A stretch of 62,205 nucleotides of DNA, counting the filler, from Piptocephalis cylindrospora (Eukaryota), in NCBI GenBank assembly GCA_003614145.1. It is 25 parts of 25 records of this genome, joined end to end, with 100 filler letters (N's around TTAATTAATTAA, not from the genome) between each part and the next. Parts side by side here need not be neighbours in the genome. Positions count along the whole stretch, not along the records: positions 10,096 to 12,526 come from KZ988961.1; positions 12,627 to 15,056 come from KZ988962.1; positions 15,157 to 17,473 come from KZ988963.1; positions 17,574 to 19,887 come from KZ988964.1; positions 19,988 to 22,410 come from KZ988965.1; positions 22,511 to 24,929 come from KZ988966.1; 19 more parts are not named here. One strand, given 5' to 3'. Every line of letters begins with the position of its first letter. The stretch's first letter is position 1. The notes under the pieces were generated by a model that had not been told where the DNA came from, did no database searches, and saw nothing but the letters and a program-made list of their open reading frames with translations. Positions 12,421-22,575 of this stretch are shown piece by piece. The position numbers were made by a program, and so were the translations under genes.

Positions 12421-12526
12421 CACGAGCCAAAGGACCGGTGGTATGCTTCAGATAACGAGGAAAGTAAAGAGGGTATAAAGGACAGCTGGAATATGATTTC
12501 TTCGGAAGAGGAGGAGGAGGAGGAGG
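12421..12526 (+). CDS. Possible 5' fragment of an acidic protein resembling the eIF3j N-terminus
   Basis: PKDRWYASDNEESKEGIKDSWNMISSEEEEEE shows a W-acidic-KDSW-acidic pattern. The start is hidden in low-quality poly-C and the fragment is cut by the spacer. Confidence 0.25.
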
Positions 12527-13195
12527 NNNNNNNNNNNNNNNNNNNNNNNNNNNNNNNNNNNNNNNNNNNNTTAATTAATTAANNNNNNNNNNNNNNNNNN
12601 NNNNNNNNNNNNNNNNNNNNNNNNNNAAAACCGTTCTATTATCCCCAAGTGGGGCAGGCAATAGGAATGTCCGAACACAGTGCCCACCTAAGGATCTCTC
12701 AAGGATAATATAGACAGAGGCAATTTGTGTATTCATGCCGGCCATGTTGATAACAAGCACAGCGTTTAGATGTTCATATCAGCCTCCTATCCCACTGAGG
12801 GAAATAGGGTAATTTGTCACTACCATCAATACGTGTATCCAAAAAGGTAGCTTATGATCATCCGACTATTCCCCAAAAATAATGAGCGACATTCATTTAT
12901 TTTATATATACTAATATTGGCATTAGTATCCGTATATTATTAAGGACTTATATTCTACGTCAAAGAGAAAATAATAATCCAACTGGGATAGATTGGTACG
13001 TATCAATCTCGAATTAAATGATAGCATGAATGTAGATGGGCTATTCATGTAGCAACACTCCCGCCATGAAAAAGAGATTCCACAGAGTGTACACCTACTC
13101 CGATGACAGGCAATGATCTTTGGCTTGGCTTGTCGATCCATCTTTTTTTCTTCTTTTCTTTTGCACTGACCACCCTGACGCACCCACCTATCCAC

Positions 13196-14227
13196 ATGAC
13201 CAGTCTCAGTGCAGTATACGACTTGGCCGAAAAGGGAGATGTGAGCCAGCTCAAAGAGTACCTCAAGACTCACAAGGACGATGAGGACTTCCTCACTACG
13301 TATGTGACCTACCAACGCGAGGAAGATGGGGATACGGCGTTGCACGCGGCCTGTCGCATCGGGTCAACTGGATGTGCTCGGGCCCTCCTTCGGGCAGGTC
13401 ACCCATGGAACGCGATGAACAGGTCTGGAGTAACGGCGGCTGAAGTAGCCAAGGCCTCGGGCCACCAGGATCTCTGGGAGCTCATTGTGGAAGAGGGCGT
13501 ACGGGTAGAGATGATCATGGGACTCTTGGGGCGCAAGAATGAGAAAGAAAAGGAGGAGGGGGGAAAAGTCATCCCGAATCAAGAGTACTTGGAGCAACCA
13601 CTGACGTACACCGAAGACCGATTGGTGGATGCGGATGGGCTAGGGGTCATGCTAGGCTGGGAAGAACCGCTGATGCGACGACACGCCGAGATCCTGTGCC
13701 CTCGTCCTGGCCTGGATGTACTAAACGTGGGATTTGGTTTGGGCCTGATCGATGAGCACTTGCAGCGCTTCAAGCCACGAACTCACACGATCATTGAGGC
13801 ACACCCAGATGTGTACCGGCACATGCTGGACAAGGGCTGGGATAAACGACCGGGGGTGCGGATCCTCCATGGTCGGTGGCAGGACGTGCTACCCCAGCTA
13901 GCTGGGGAAGACTTTGATGGGATCTACTTTGACACATATGGCGAATATTACGCTGATATGCGGGAATGGCACGAGGAAGTCACCAATCTCCTGCGACCTG
14001 ACGGCATTTACTCATTCTTCAATGGACTTGCCGCCACCAACCCGGTTTTCCATGAGGTATCCTGTCGCTTGGCCGAGACGGAGCTCCGGGGTATGGGTCT
14101 CGCCACGACTTGGGAATCCATGCCTATGGATCCTGAGGAACAAGAAGAGAAGAACTGGGGCGGCTTGAATGGCCGATACTGGACCTTGAAGGAGTACCGG
14201 CTACCCACTTGTCGATTTGATCTTTGA
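13196..14227 (+). CDS. RMT2: Arginine N-methyltransferase 2 (ankyrin repeat plus GAMT-like SAM domain), intronless
   Basis: GDTALHAAC and GHPWN ankyrin region; VMLGWEEPLM, VLNVGFGLGLID, HTIIEAHPDV, GRWQDV, FDGIYFDTY, YSFFNGL and YRLPTC. Confidence 0.94.
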   Translation: MTSLSAVYDLAEKGDVSQLKEYLKTHKDDEDFLTTYVTYQREEDGDTALHAACRIGSTGCARALLRAGHPWNAMNRSGVTAAEVAKASGHQDLWELIVEEGVRVEMIMGLLGRKNEKEKEEGGKVIPNQEYLEQPLTYTEDRLVDADGLGVMLGWEEPLMRRHAEILCPRPGLDVLNVGFGLGLIDEHLQRFKPRTHTIIEAHPDVYRHMLDKGWDKRPGVRILHGRWQDVLPQLAGEDFDGIYFDTYGEYYADMREWHEEVTNLLRPDGIYSFFNGLAATNPVFHEVSCRLAETELRGMGLATTWESMPMDPEEQEEKNWGGLNGRYWTLKEYRLPTCRFDL

Positions 14228-14468
14228 GAGCCGTTCTAGAAGATGACGAACGCAGACATTACCCATCGTTTCAATACAAGACAGGGGATGAGGGGGCGGG
14301 CGCTTCACAATTCCTGACAATAAAGGACGAAAGGGAGGATATATGTTGCACAGGTTTCATCAATTCAACAATGAAAAGATAACATGATGAAAATAATAAC
14401 AACATGGTTAAGATGTCGCGTAGAATCGGGTAGTACAGTGCACCAACATCCCTCTCCCTCTCCCAATA

Positions 14469-14996
14469 TCAAGGATCCGCAGACCAATCCCGAATAGTAT
14501 AGGTAAGGGCCTCTTCCCTGACCCCCACCCAAGTATCTGCGTGAAGAAGAAAGGCCTTGAGGGCGAGGACAGAGACAACGGCTATGGTGCCCTCGGCCCG
14601 ATCTCTGCATCTGGCCAAGCCAGTGGCCCCAAGGGTTGATGCACAATCCTCCACACGGATGCCCGTCCTTCTGGATAGTTCCTCCAAGGAGATGCTCCAC
14701 GCTGCTGCTGCTGCTGTGGAGGATGATGGGGAAGGAGAGGAGGAGGGTAATGGACCCTCACCGCCCAGGGAGGTAGGTACGATTTGTCGTAGAGCGTGGG
14801 CCAGAGAGGCTCTCCAGTAAGAATAGTAGCCCCGTAGACCAAGGTCGGATAAGGGTCGTTCCGGTTGGCCTGTTCGCCCCTCCACACGACTAAGGGCGTA
14901 GCTAAAGTCAATGAGGAACCTCCCGTATCCAAGCCGTTGATACTGAGGGAGGGTCAGAATGCAAGCGAGATTATACCCTTCAGGAGATATTTTTTC
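14469..14996 (-). CDS. Last exon of a MYST-family histone acetyltransferase
   Basis: After a CAG acceptor it reads [61 protein letters not shown]. Confidence 0.92.
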   Translation of the reverse strand, partial: EKISPEGYNLACILTLPQYQRLGYGRFLIDFSYALSRVEGRTGQPERPLSDLGLRGYYSYWRASLAHALRQIVPTSLGGEGPLPSSSPSPSSSTAAAAAWSISLEELSRRTGIRVEDCASTLGATGLARCRDRAEGTIAVVSVLALKAFLLHADTWVGVREEALTYTIRDWSADP

Positions 14997-15176
14997 CTGG
15001 TGAGAGGGAGAGGAGAGTCAGAAAGAGAAAGAGAGAGAGAGAAAGAGAGAGAGAGGNNNNNNNNNNNNNNNNNNNNNNNNNNNNNNNNNNNNNNNNNNNN
15101 TTAATTAATTAANNNNNNNNNNNNNNNNNNNNNNNNNNNNNNNNNNNNNNNNNNNNCCCCCATACCCCACACCAAG

Positions 15177-16319
15177 ATGTCAAAGGGAGAAAAGAAGGCC
15201 GCTTACTTTGATAAGCTCAAGACCCTCCTCCAGGATAACCGGTCCATCTTTATGGTTAACGTTGACAATGTCGGCTCCAACCAGATGCACCAGATCCGTA
15301 TCGCCCTCCGTGGAGAGGCCACCGTCCTCATGGGCAAGAACACCATGGTCCGCCGTGCCCTGAAGATCCTCGTCTCCGAGAACCCCCTGTACGAGAAGCT
15401 CCTTCCTCACGTCAAGGGTAACATTGGTTTCGTCTTCACCAACAGCGACCTCAAGACCATCCGTGATAAGATCCTCGACAACCGTGTCCTTGCCCCCGCC
15501 AAGGCTGGTGCCCTCGCCCCCCTCGATGTCTTCATCCCCGCCGGTAACACTGGTATGGAACCCGGTAAGACCTCTTTCTTCCAGGCCCTCGGTGTCCCCA
15601 CCAAGATTGCCCGTGGTACCATTGAGATCATCAACGACGTCCATCTCGTCAAGGAGGGCACCAAGGTCGGAGCCTCCGAGGCCACCCTCCTTAACATGCT
15701 CAACATCTCTCCCTTCACCTACGGTATGTCTGTTGTCCAGATTTACGATGATGGAGCCATCTTCCCCTCCTCCATCCTCGACATTGAGGAGGACTACCTC
15801 CTTGATCTCTTCCTCTCCGGTGCCCGCAACATCTCTGCCCTTTCCCTCCAGATCAACTTCCCCACCATTCCCTCCGTCCCTCACTCCCTCGTCAACGGGT
15901 ACAAGAACCTCCTTGCCATCTCTGTTGCCACTGACTACACCTTTGAGGGTTCCGAGAAGGTACGTTTTTCCCTAAATTCTTTCCATATCATCCCAGACAG
16001 AATGATGAGAATGACTCGCTTTGGGGATCGTTGATCTTGATCAACGGGTGATCCGTTAAAGCAATCACTCTAATTTTTTCCTGACGTCTAATGATTCTTC
16101 AATCATTCGCACGCACTCTCTCTCTCCTTGTCCTCATTATTCACATTTCCTTCCCTTGGCACATGTGTCTTGTAGATCAAGGCTTACCTTGCTGATCCTT
16201 CCGCCTTCGCCGCCGCTGCCCCCGCTGCCGCTGCCGAGGCTGCCCCCGCTGCTGAGGCTGCCAAGGAGGAGGATGATGCGTCTGAGGATGAGGATATGGG
16301 CTTTGGTCTTTTCGACTAA
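15177..16319 (+). CDS. RPP0: 60S acidic ribosomal protein P0 (uL10). Exons 15177-15959 and 16176-16319.
   Basis: [23 protein letters not shown] and [15 protein letters not shown]. The second exon encodes the Ala-rich hinge and the [11 protein letters not shown] stalk tail. Confidence 0.98.
15995..16089 (+). ncRNA. Intronic box C/D snoRNA, predicted SSU rRNA 2'-O-methylation guide
   Basis: Box C ATGATGA at 16002-16008, box D CTGA at 16081-16084, and terminal stem AGAC/GTCT. The 15-nt guide CACTCTAATTTTTTC (16066-16080) abuts box D and is complementary to the conserved 18S segment GAAAAAAUUAGAGUG. Confidence 0.88.
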
Positions 16320-16651
16320 GCGCAGGACCCTTGGTCTCCCTCTCCCCCGGGAGTTGTCATGTCAATTCGCCCCCTTTCCCATGTTGTCGGTTTCTTAATT
16401 GACGATACAGAATTGTGGATGCATTGACGTGTATGGTGTGGTGTAGGTCTAGAGGATGAAGTTATTCATCATTTGATGTCCCATCTCATTCTGCTTGCAT
16501 GATATGGAATATATGGACTGATTTTTCCTCTGGGTGCTTTCCCTCATCCCCTCCCACAATTCATTCCTTTTCCTTCATGGTGTTATTTATTATCGTCTTT
16601 CCCTCGACAATCTCTCTCGTATCGTCACATCCGACTAAACAGCAGCACTTG

Positions 16652-17353
16652 TTAGCTATCTTGGAAGAATTTGGAAAGAGCCTTGATCAGCGCTTCGGGC
16701 TTCTCATAAGTGCGTTGCCAGTCAGGTCGGGCTTGAATGGCGTTGAACCACCGAGTGAGTCGAGGAAGCTTCTCTTCCCCAGGCACGCGGAGCTGGTGGA
16801 AGTGCGCAAGAGCCAGGACAAGACGGGCATGATGGGTGGCAGTATTGATGTCGGCTAGGGACAACTCCTCCCCAAGGAAGTAGGGGCCTTTGGAGGAGGA
16901 GGAGGTCTGTTGCTCTTCGAATAATTCCTCCACATAAGCCAGACCCTCGAACAGCTTAGCCTTGGCCGTCGTTCGCTCCTCGCCGGGGCTGGTACGGGCA
17001 TACTGAAAGAACGGACTAACGACACTGTCCGTGTACCTCTGAGTAAAGAGGGAGATCTGGGCACGGATTAAAGCATCCGTGGGAAGAAGACGTCCAGTCA
17101 AGTCGGCCACGTACTGGGATATGATCAGGGATTCCACGAGGATGGGCGCTTTCTCATCGTCCTCCTCACCCAGCTTCAATGCCGGGACTTTGCCCAGGGG
17201 ATTGATCTTCTCGACGTACCATGCTGGCTTGTTGTTCAAGTCAATCTCCACCAGTTTGTACGGGAGGTTGGTGGCTTCAAAGGCCCAGACGGCCCTTTGG
17301 GCGTATGGGCAGACTCTTGCATTGTAGAGCGTATGAGTGAGAGTACGGGACAT
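16652..17353 (-). CDS. Glutathione S-transferase, omega-like (catalytic Cys)
   Basis: CPYAQR, KPAWY...INPLGKVPAL, LVESLIISQYV and GPYFLGEELSLADI. Confidence 0.92.
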   Translation of the reverse strand: MSRTLTHTLYNARVCPYAQRAVWAFEATNLPYKLVEIDLNNKPAWYVEKINPLGKVPALKLGEEDDEKAPILVESLIISQYVADLTGRLLPTDALIRAQISLFTQRYTDSVVSPFFQYARTSPGEERTTAKAKLFEGLAYVEELFEEQQTSSSSKGPYFLGEELSLADINTATHHARLVLALAHFHQLRVPGEEKLPRLTRWFNAIQARPDWQRTYEKPEALIKALSKFFQDS

Positions 17354-17573
17354 GGTGGGCTGAGAGAAAAAGAGATGATGGTGATGAGAAGAAGCAAGTG
17401 AACAGGGAAATCCGAGTGCCTTCAGATCTTTTAAATACCCCTTTCCAATGAAATGAGGATAGGATGATGGGAANNNNNNNNNNNNNNNNNNNNNNNNNNN
17501 NNNNNNNNNNNNNNNNNTTAATTAATTAANNNNNNNNNNNNNNNNNNNNNNNNNNNNNNNNNNNNNNNNNNNN

Positions 17574-19887
17574 GCGTAATCCTGAATGACCCCATCGGAG
17601 ATGATGACAGGCCTACCCCCAACTGACGTTCTGATCCGGTAGATGGAGAAACACCCGGGCAAACACGTGACCGATCCGAACAGCGACTCAAAGGCCTTAG
17701 CTAGATGATGGGAGATGTAGTACTCGTACACCTGGATCATAGTGGCCCAGGACAACTCTTCGTTCTGTAACTGAGTCTCCCCACACAGCCCGATAATTCG
17801 AGAGTCCCGGAGCATGCATGAGACCATGCGGTTAAGAGAATCAGGCATGACACGGGTATCCGCATCCACCATGAGGATGTACTCATAAAAGGCTGGGTCC
17901 ACCCCGATAACATTACGCAGCTGATGACAGATCTCCAGTTCCAGGGGGGACATGGGGGTGGCGTGATGGATGCGGTTGAGGAAAGAAAGAAGAAGGATCT
18001 GGGAATCACGCTTCCCGCGGTTCCCGGGCCTGCTGGCCTCCGTAGGGTTACCCATCTTAACGACGACAATATACGGAACGACATGACCTTCGTGTTCATA
18101 CAAACCTGAGTAGATCTTACCGTAATTCAACTGCTTGCCTCCTTCCGCGACGGATTTGAAGGCCCGGGAGGGAGGGTCATACTTGGGGTCAACACCCAGA
18201 ATGTCCAGAGCAATCCGGGGAGTGGGGCGATCGTTACCAGATCCAACAATGTTACCATCACAAATGATGAAGATAAGCTTCCTCTTGTCATCGTAGTGCA
18301 GGGAGGCAAGAGAATCAATGGTGGACCTCAGGGAGTCCTCACCCTCGGTGTAACAAGGGACCTGACAGATGATGAACTTGTCATGATCTTCCGGGGAACG
18401 ACGGGACCCAAGCTGGAGGGCGGCGAGGAACTTGGCGAGGATGACGATGACAAGGATGATGGAGGTGGAGAGAAGGAGATACTCAGAGACGAGGCACCGA
18501 GTGCTCTTTCGGGTATCCAGGACTCCGACCTTGAAGACATTCCTGAGGCAATTAAGAAGGGCAGGTCGGAACTCGGCGGGCTGAATATTGTTGTTGAATC
18601 GATCTGTGTTATCTTGCCCGGCATACGAGGTGAAGAGATCCGCAATTCCGGGGCCCAGATAAGCGTAATTGGGGACGTTGGCGGCCCCAGTGGCAGGATG
18701 ACGGGTTAGGGTGAAGAAGTAATTGGACAGGTCAAAGACCTCATTTCCAATCAGGGACCACCGTTTATTTTCCTTTTTGGCATCATCCGCCAGCATATCC
18801 AGGGTAAAAGCCACTTGACCCTGAGGGAAGGGGGGAGGGGATGAGGAGGAGGAAAAAAAAAAAAGAGAATTCAATCTCTTTGGGTCATGGACACCACCAA
18901 GTGCACAAGAAATAAGTTACCTTTTTGTAGCCCATGCTGTTAAAGCGATTCACCACACGATCCTGGAACCAATTGGGCTTGGCCATGTTGGAGGAGGGAA
19001 CGGGGCTCAGGCTACCGGAGAGATGGATGCCATTACCGGCGGGTTCGGTGGTGTTGAACTCGAGGGGGATCAAAGGGTCTTGAACGACACCAGGGCACCT
19101 TTCGGGCAGGGGCTGAGGAAAAAGGTGGGAGACATCCTTACCTCCGTATTGGAGCATATCAGAGGTGGATACGGCATTGGTGGTGGCACTTTGACCATGG
19201 CCTGTTCGGACAAAGTTCGAGACGTCGTAGACAACACCGTAGATGGCCATGTAAATGTCATCCCCGCCAGCATTCCCCTGATGATAGGTATACTCATTAG
19301 GGGCATAAAGGTAGACACGGGGGCACAAGAGGATGGGAAGGACGACGATAAAGGCGATGATGGCGGCGGAGAAGAGGAAAATGCAGAGGCACAGGGCAAC
19401 CTTTTCCCTCCAGGCCATCTGGATGTCCGGACGCTTCATACGACCGCAAGTCGCGATAAAGATGGTTGGGATCCACCAAGTGAGACACCAGGTCATACCG
19501 ACCCATAGTTTACGTTGTCTTCCACGTTCCTGGGGAATATCATCCTCATCCTCCTCATCATCCTCCTCCTCCTCCTCACCATCCCGTCCCTTCCCGTCAC
19601 CGGCCAGGGGAGAGGAGTTCCCAAGGAGATGTTGTTGGGCCGGGGTAGGACCATAGGCAAAGCCCTGATGAGCACCGTACTCGGACCCGGATCCATACTC
19701 CGAGGGCGTACCCCCAAATCCGGCTTGACGATGTCCGTGAAGGGCGGCAAAGTAATCATCCGGACTATTGAAGGCCATGCTCGCATGGCCCTCCGCTGAT
19801 CCGGGAGCCCCACCGAGCATGGACCGAGTACCGTCCCCTCCGTACGCCGATCCAAACTCACTATCGGCCCTCTCAATCCCGGGGAAA
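17574..19887 (-). CDS. Chitin synthase, division 2 (class V/VII type, cytochrome b5-like domain), truncated at both ends. Exons 19887-18921 and 18820-17574.
   Basis: MAWREKVALC, IYGVVYDVSNF, CQVPCYTEGE, GNRGKRDSQ, MVDADT and QVYEYYISHHLAKAFESLFGSVTCLPGCF. A phase-0 GT-AG intron joins the two ORFs. Confidence 0.95.
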
Positions 19888-19987
19888 NNNNNNNNNNNNN
19901 NNNNNNNNNNNNNNNNNNNNNNNNNNNNNNNTTAATTAATTAANNNNNNNNNNNNNNNNNNNNNNNNNNNNNNNNNNNNNNNNNNNN

Positions 19988-20692
19988 CTTCTGCAAGGCC
20001 TTGGTGAGATCACCGTCAGGGACAGTCTTGTAGTTGAAAGCATCATCGAAACCAAGATCCTTCTTGAGGTACTCCACCTTGGAATCATCCCCAGCAGATC
20101 CGACGACATACAGGCCCAGGATCTTGCCGATTTGCCCGACTACCTGTCCGACGGCCCCGGAGGCGGCACTAATAAAGAGCGTCTCTCCAGCCTTGGGCTT
20201 GCCAATATCCAGGAGAGAGGAGTGTCCTGAGAGACCTGGCATACCAAGGACACCAAGGTAATAGGAGAGGGGATGGCCGGCAGTACGAGCGGTCTTGAGA
20301 TTGATTAGACCTCCAGAACCTTCTTGATCCTGAGTGATAATATAAGATTGCCATGGGAGACCTCCAAGAACAATGTCTCCAGGCACAAGGTTGGGACTAT
20401 TGGACCGAATGACTTCAGCAACCACATCGCCATTCATGGGGCTTCCAGCAATGAAGGCTGGACAGTAAGAGGAAATTTTGGGGTCCCGCATCCTCCCGCG
20501 CATGTAGGGATCAACAGTGATGTAGAGGGACCGGAGTAGAACGCCATTTTCGGCAGGGATTTCTACGGTATCAAGGTTCAAAGCTTCCTTCTCAATGACA
20601 AAATCTTGATCCGCCTTGGGAATGCCCTGGGGGATTTGTTTGTAGATGACTTTGACGTTTTCAACGTTATTGGGGGCCTGAGACACGGTCAT
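19988..20692 (-). CDS. NADP-dependent enone/alkenal reductase (PTGR/MDR family), N-terminal part
   Basis: DPYMRGRM, YYLGVLGMPGLS and GETLFISAASGAVGQVVGQIGK. Confidence 0.92.
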
Positions 20693-21873
20693 GGTGGGGA
20701 GGAAGGCTATGTGGGGGATTTTAATGGAGAAGAGGATGTACGTGGTACTGCACCGAGAAATATTGGAACTGAGGAGGGATAGAGGAGGAAAACAGTGATG
20801 GTATCAAGAGGGATGGATATTATCCTTCTTCCTCTCACTCTTATATACCTATATCACTCTGGCCAAGTTGTTTCTGCTTTAACTTGAGGAACTTCGCCTT
20901 CCCTGTGGGATTGAACGCGGAGAGTGGCTTTGTTCTCCCAGTTTCCTTCCAATCCCTATTTTTAATGGGTCCCTAATCGTAGGGCCTTACTTTCTGTCGC
21001 CTACGCCTATCAGCTGGTTCATGCTCTTCAGTGCAGGTCATTATAGGGCCTTCGCGACGTTCAATAATTTCTATCTTATGCTATGCTATCTTATGTTCCT
21101 TGAGGGTGTAGAAGACCCCAACGAAGTTGATTTTTATTATAGTGGCATCAGTGGCTAGCATAGGGTAGATGATAAATAGATGGTCCATCGAGTATAGAGA
21201 CGTTCCCACAGGTTGTGCTCCACTCCGAACCTGGGTGAAACGTACAGTTGCCAGCAGAGACGGTCATCAGGCCATTCTGGCAGTTTCATGGATGAAATGG
21301 GCCACTCATGCCATGGTGCCCCTGATCTCTCCTGAGGCGTAAGCTATGACAATGGCGCCTTTGGTATAACCACGCATCACTCACCATGAGAATGGGGAAT
21401 GCCAAGCTCACAATAGACGTCGGGCGCGTGTGTGTTTATACATGTACCAACCCATTCCTATAGGACTGACTGTTGCACCCACCTCCTCCCATCTTTTCAT
21501 GCTGTTCAGTATATATAGCATTTAAGAAATGAGCAAAAGGCTTCAGATAAAAAAATTCATGAGGGGGGAGTGAGGTTTAAACCACTGGCAGCTCCATACT
21601 ATTACTATCGCCCATCTTGGCTGATCGCACATCTTTAGGAGAGTCCAATTCCTGAGAAGTTAAGGATCCCTCTACAAATATACCGACCAAAATGTAGCTC
21701 ATAATACTCCCTTTCTCCATATAGTTTGTTATGCAATTAGGGACTTGGAAGGTCAGTGAGACTCCCCTACAGACACTATTAAAAACCCCCTGAAAAAGAC
21801 AGTTTATCAGCTCAAGTGTATATTCCCCGTCTCTTAAAAAGATGAGCTAAAGGAGTGATGAGAATGAACCTAA

Positions 21874-22410
21874 TTACAAATCAGCGACCTTGACCACAGC
21901 CTTGCCGTGGTTCTTTCCCTGGAGCATCTCAATAAAGGCCTGGGGGGCATTGGTAATGCCATCAGTGACAGTCTCTCGGTACTTGATCTTTCCCTCCTTG
22001 AGCCAACCGCCAACCTCCCGGAGGAAGTCACCTTGGTAGTGGGCAAAATCGTTGAAGACAATGAACCCCTCCATGCGGATAGATTTGGCAACGATCTGCA
22101 TAAGGTTGTAGTTGCCCTCTGGATTATCGGATCGATTGTACTGGGAGATCATGCCGCATGTAACAATCCGGGCCTTGCGGTTAGCCACGGTGAGGACTGC
22201 GTCAAGCATCTTTCCACCGACATTCTCAAAGTAGATATCAATGCCCTTGGGACAGGCCTTCTGCAAGGCCTTGGTGAGATCACCGTCAGGGACAGTCTTG
22301 TAGTTGAAAGCATCATCGAAACCAAGATCCTTCTTGAGGTACTCCACCTTGGAATCATCCCCAGCAGATCCGACGACATACAGGCCCAGGATCTTGCCGA
22401 TTTGCCCGAC
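21874..22410 (-). CDS. Same NADP-dependent reductase, C-terminal part; it overlaps the N-terminal part through a 153-bp terminal repeat
   Basis: LGFDDAFNYK, GIDIYFENVGGKMLD, CGMISQYN and GKNHGKAVVKV. Confidence 0.92.
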   Translation of the reverse strand, partial: VGQIGKILGLYVVGSAGDDSKVEYLKKDLGFDDAFNYKTVPDGDLTKALQKACPKGIDIYFENVGGKMLDAVLTVANRKARIVTCGMISQYNRSDNPEGNYNLMQIVAKSIRMEGFIVFNDFAHYQGDFLREVGGWLKEGKIKYRETVTDGITNAPQAFIEMLQGKNHGKAVVKVADL

Positions 22411-22575
22411 NNNNNNNNNNNNNNNNNNNNNNNNNNNNNNNNNNNNNNNNNNNNTTAATTAATTAANNNNNNNNNNNNNNNNNNNNNNNNNNNNNNNNNN
22501 NNNNNNNNNNCATGGCCTTTTCCAAATGCTTTAGGATTTGTCCCACCATGATCGTATGCCTTTCCTCCTGCTCCA

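Larger units (their letters stand above)
19988..22410. repeat. 153-bp direct terminal repeat (19988-20140 = 22258-22410), which closes the contig into a 2270-bp unit
   Basis: Both contig ends carry identical sequence, and it lies inside the reductase CDS. Confidence 0.93.
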
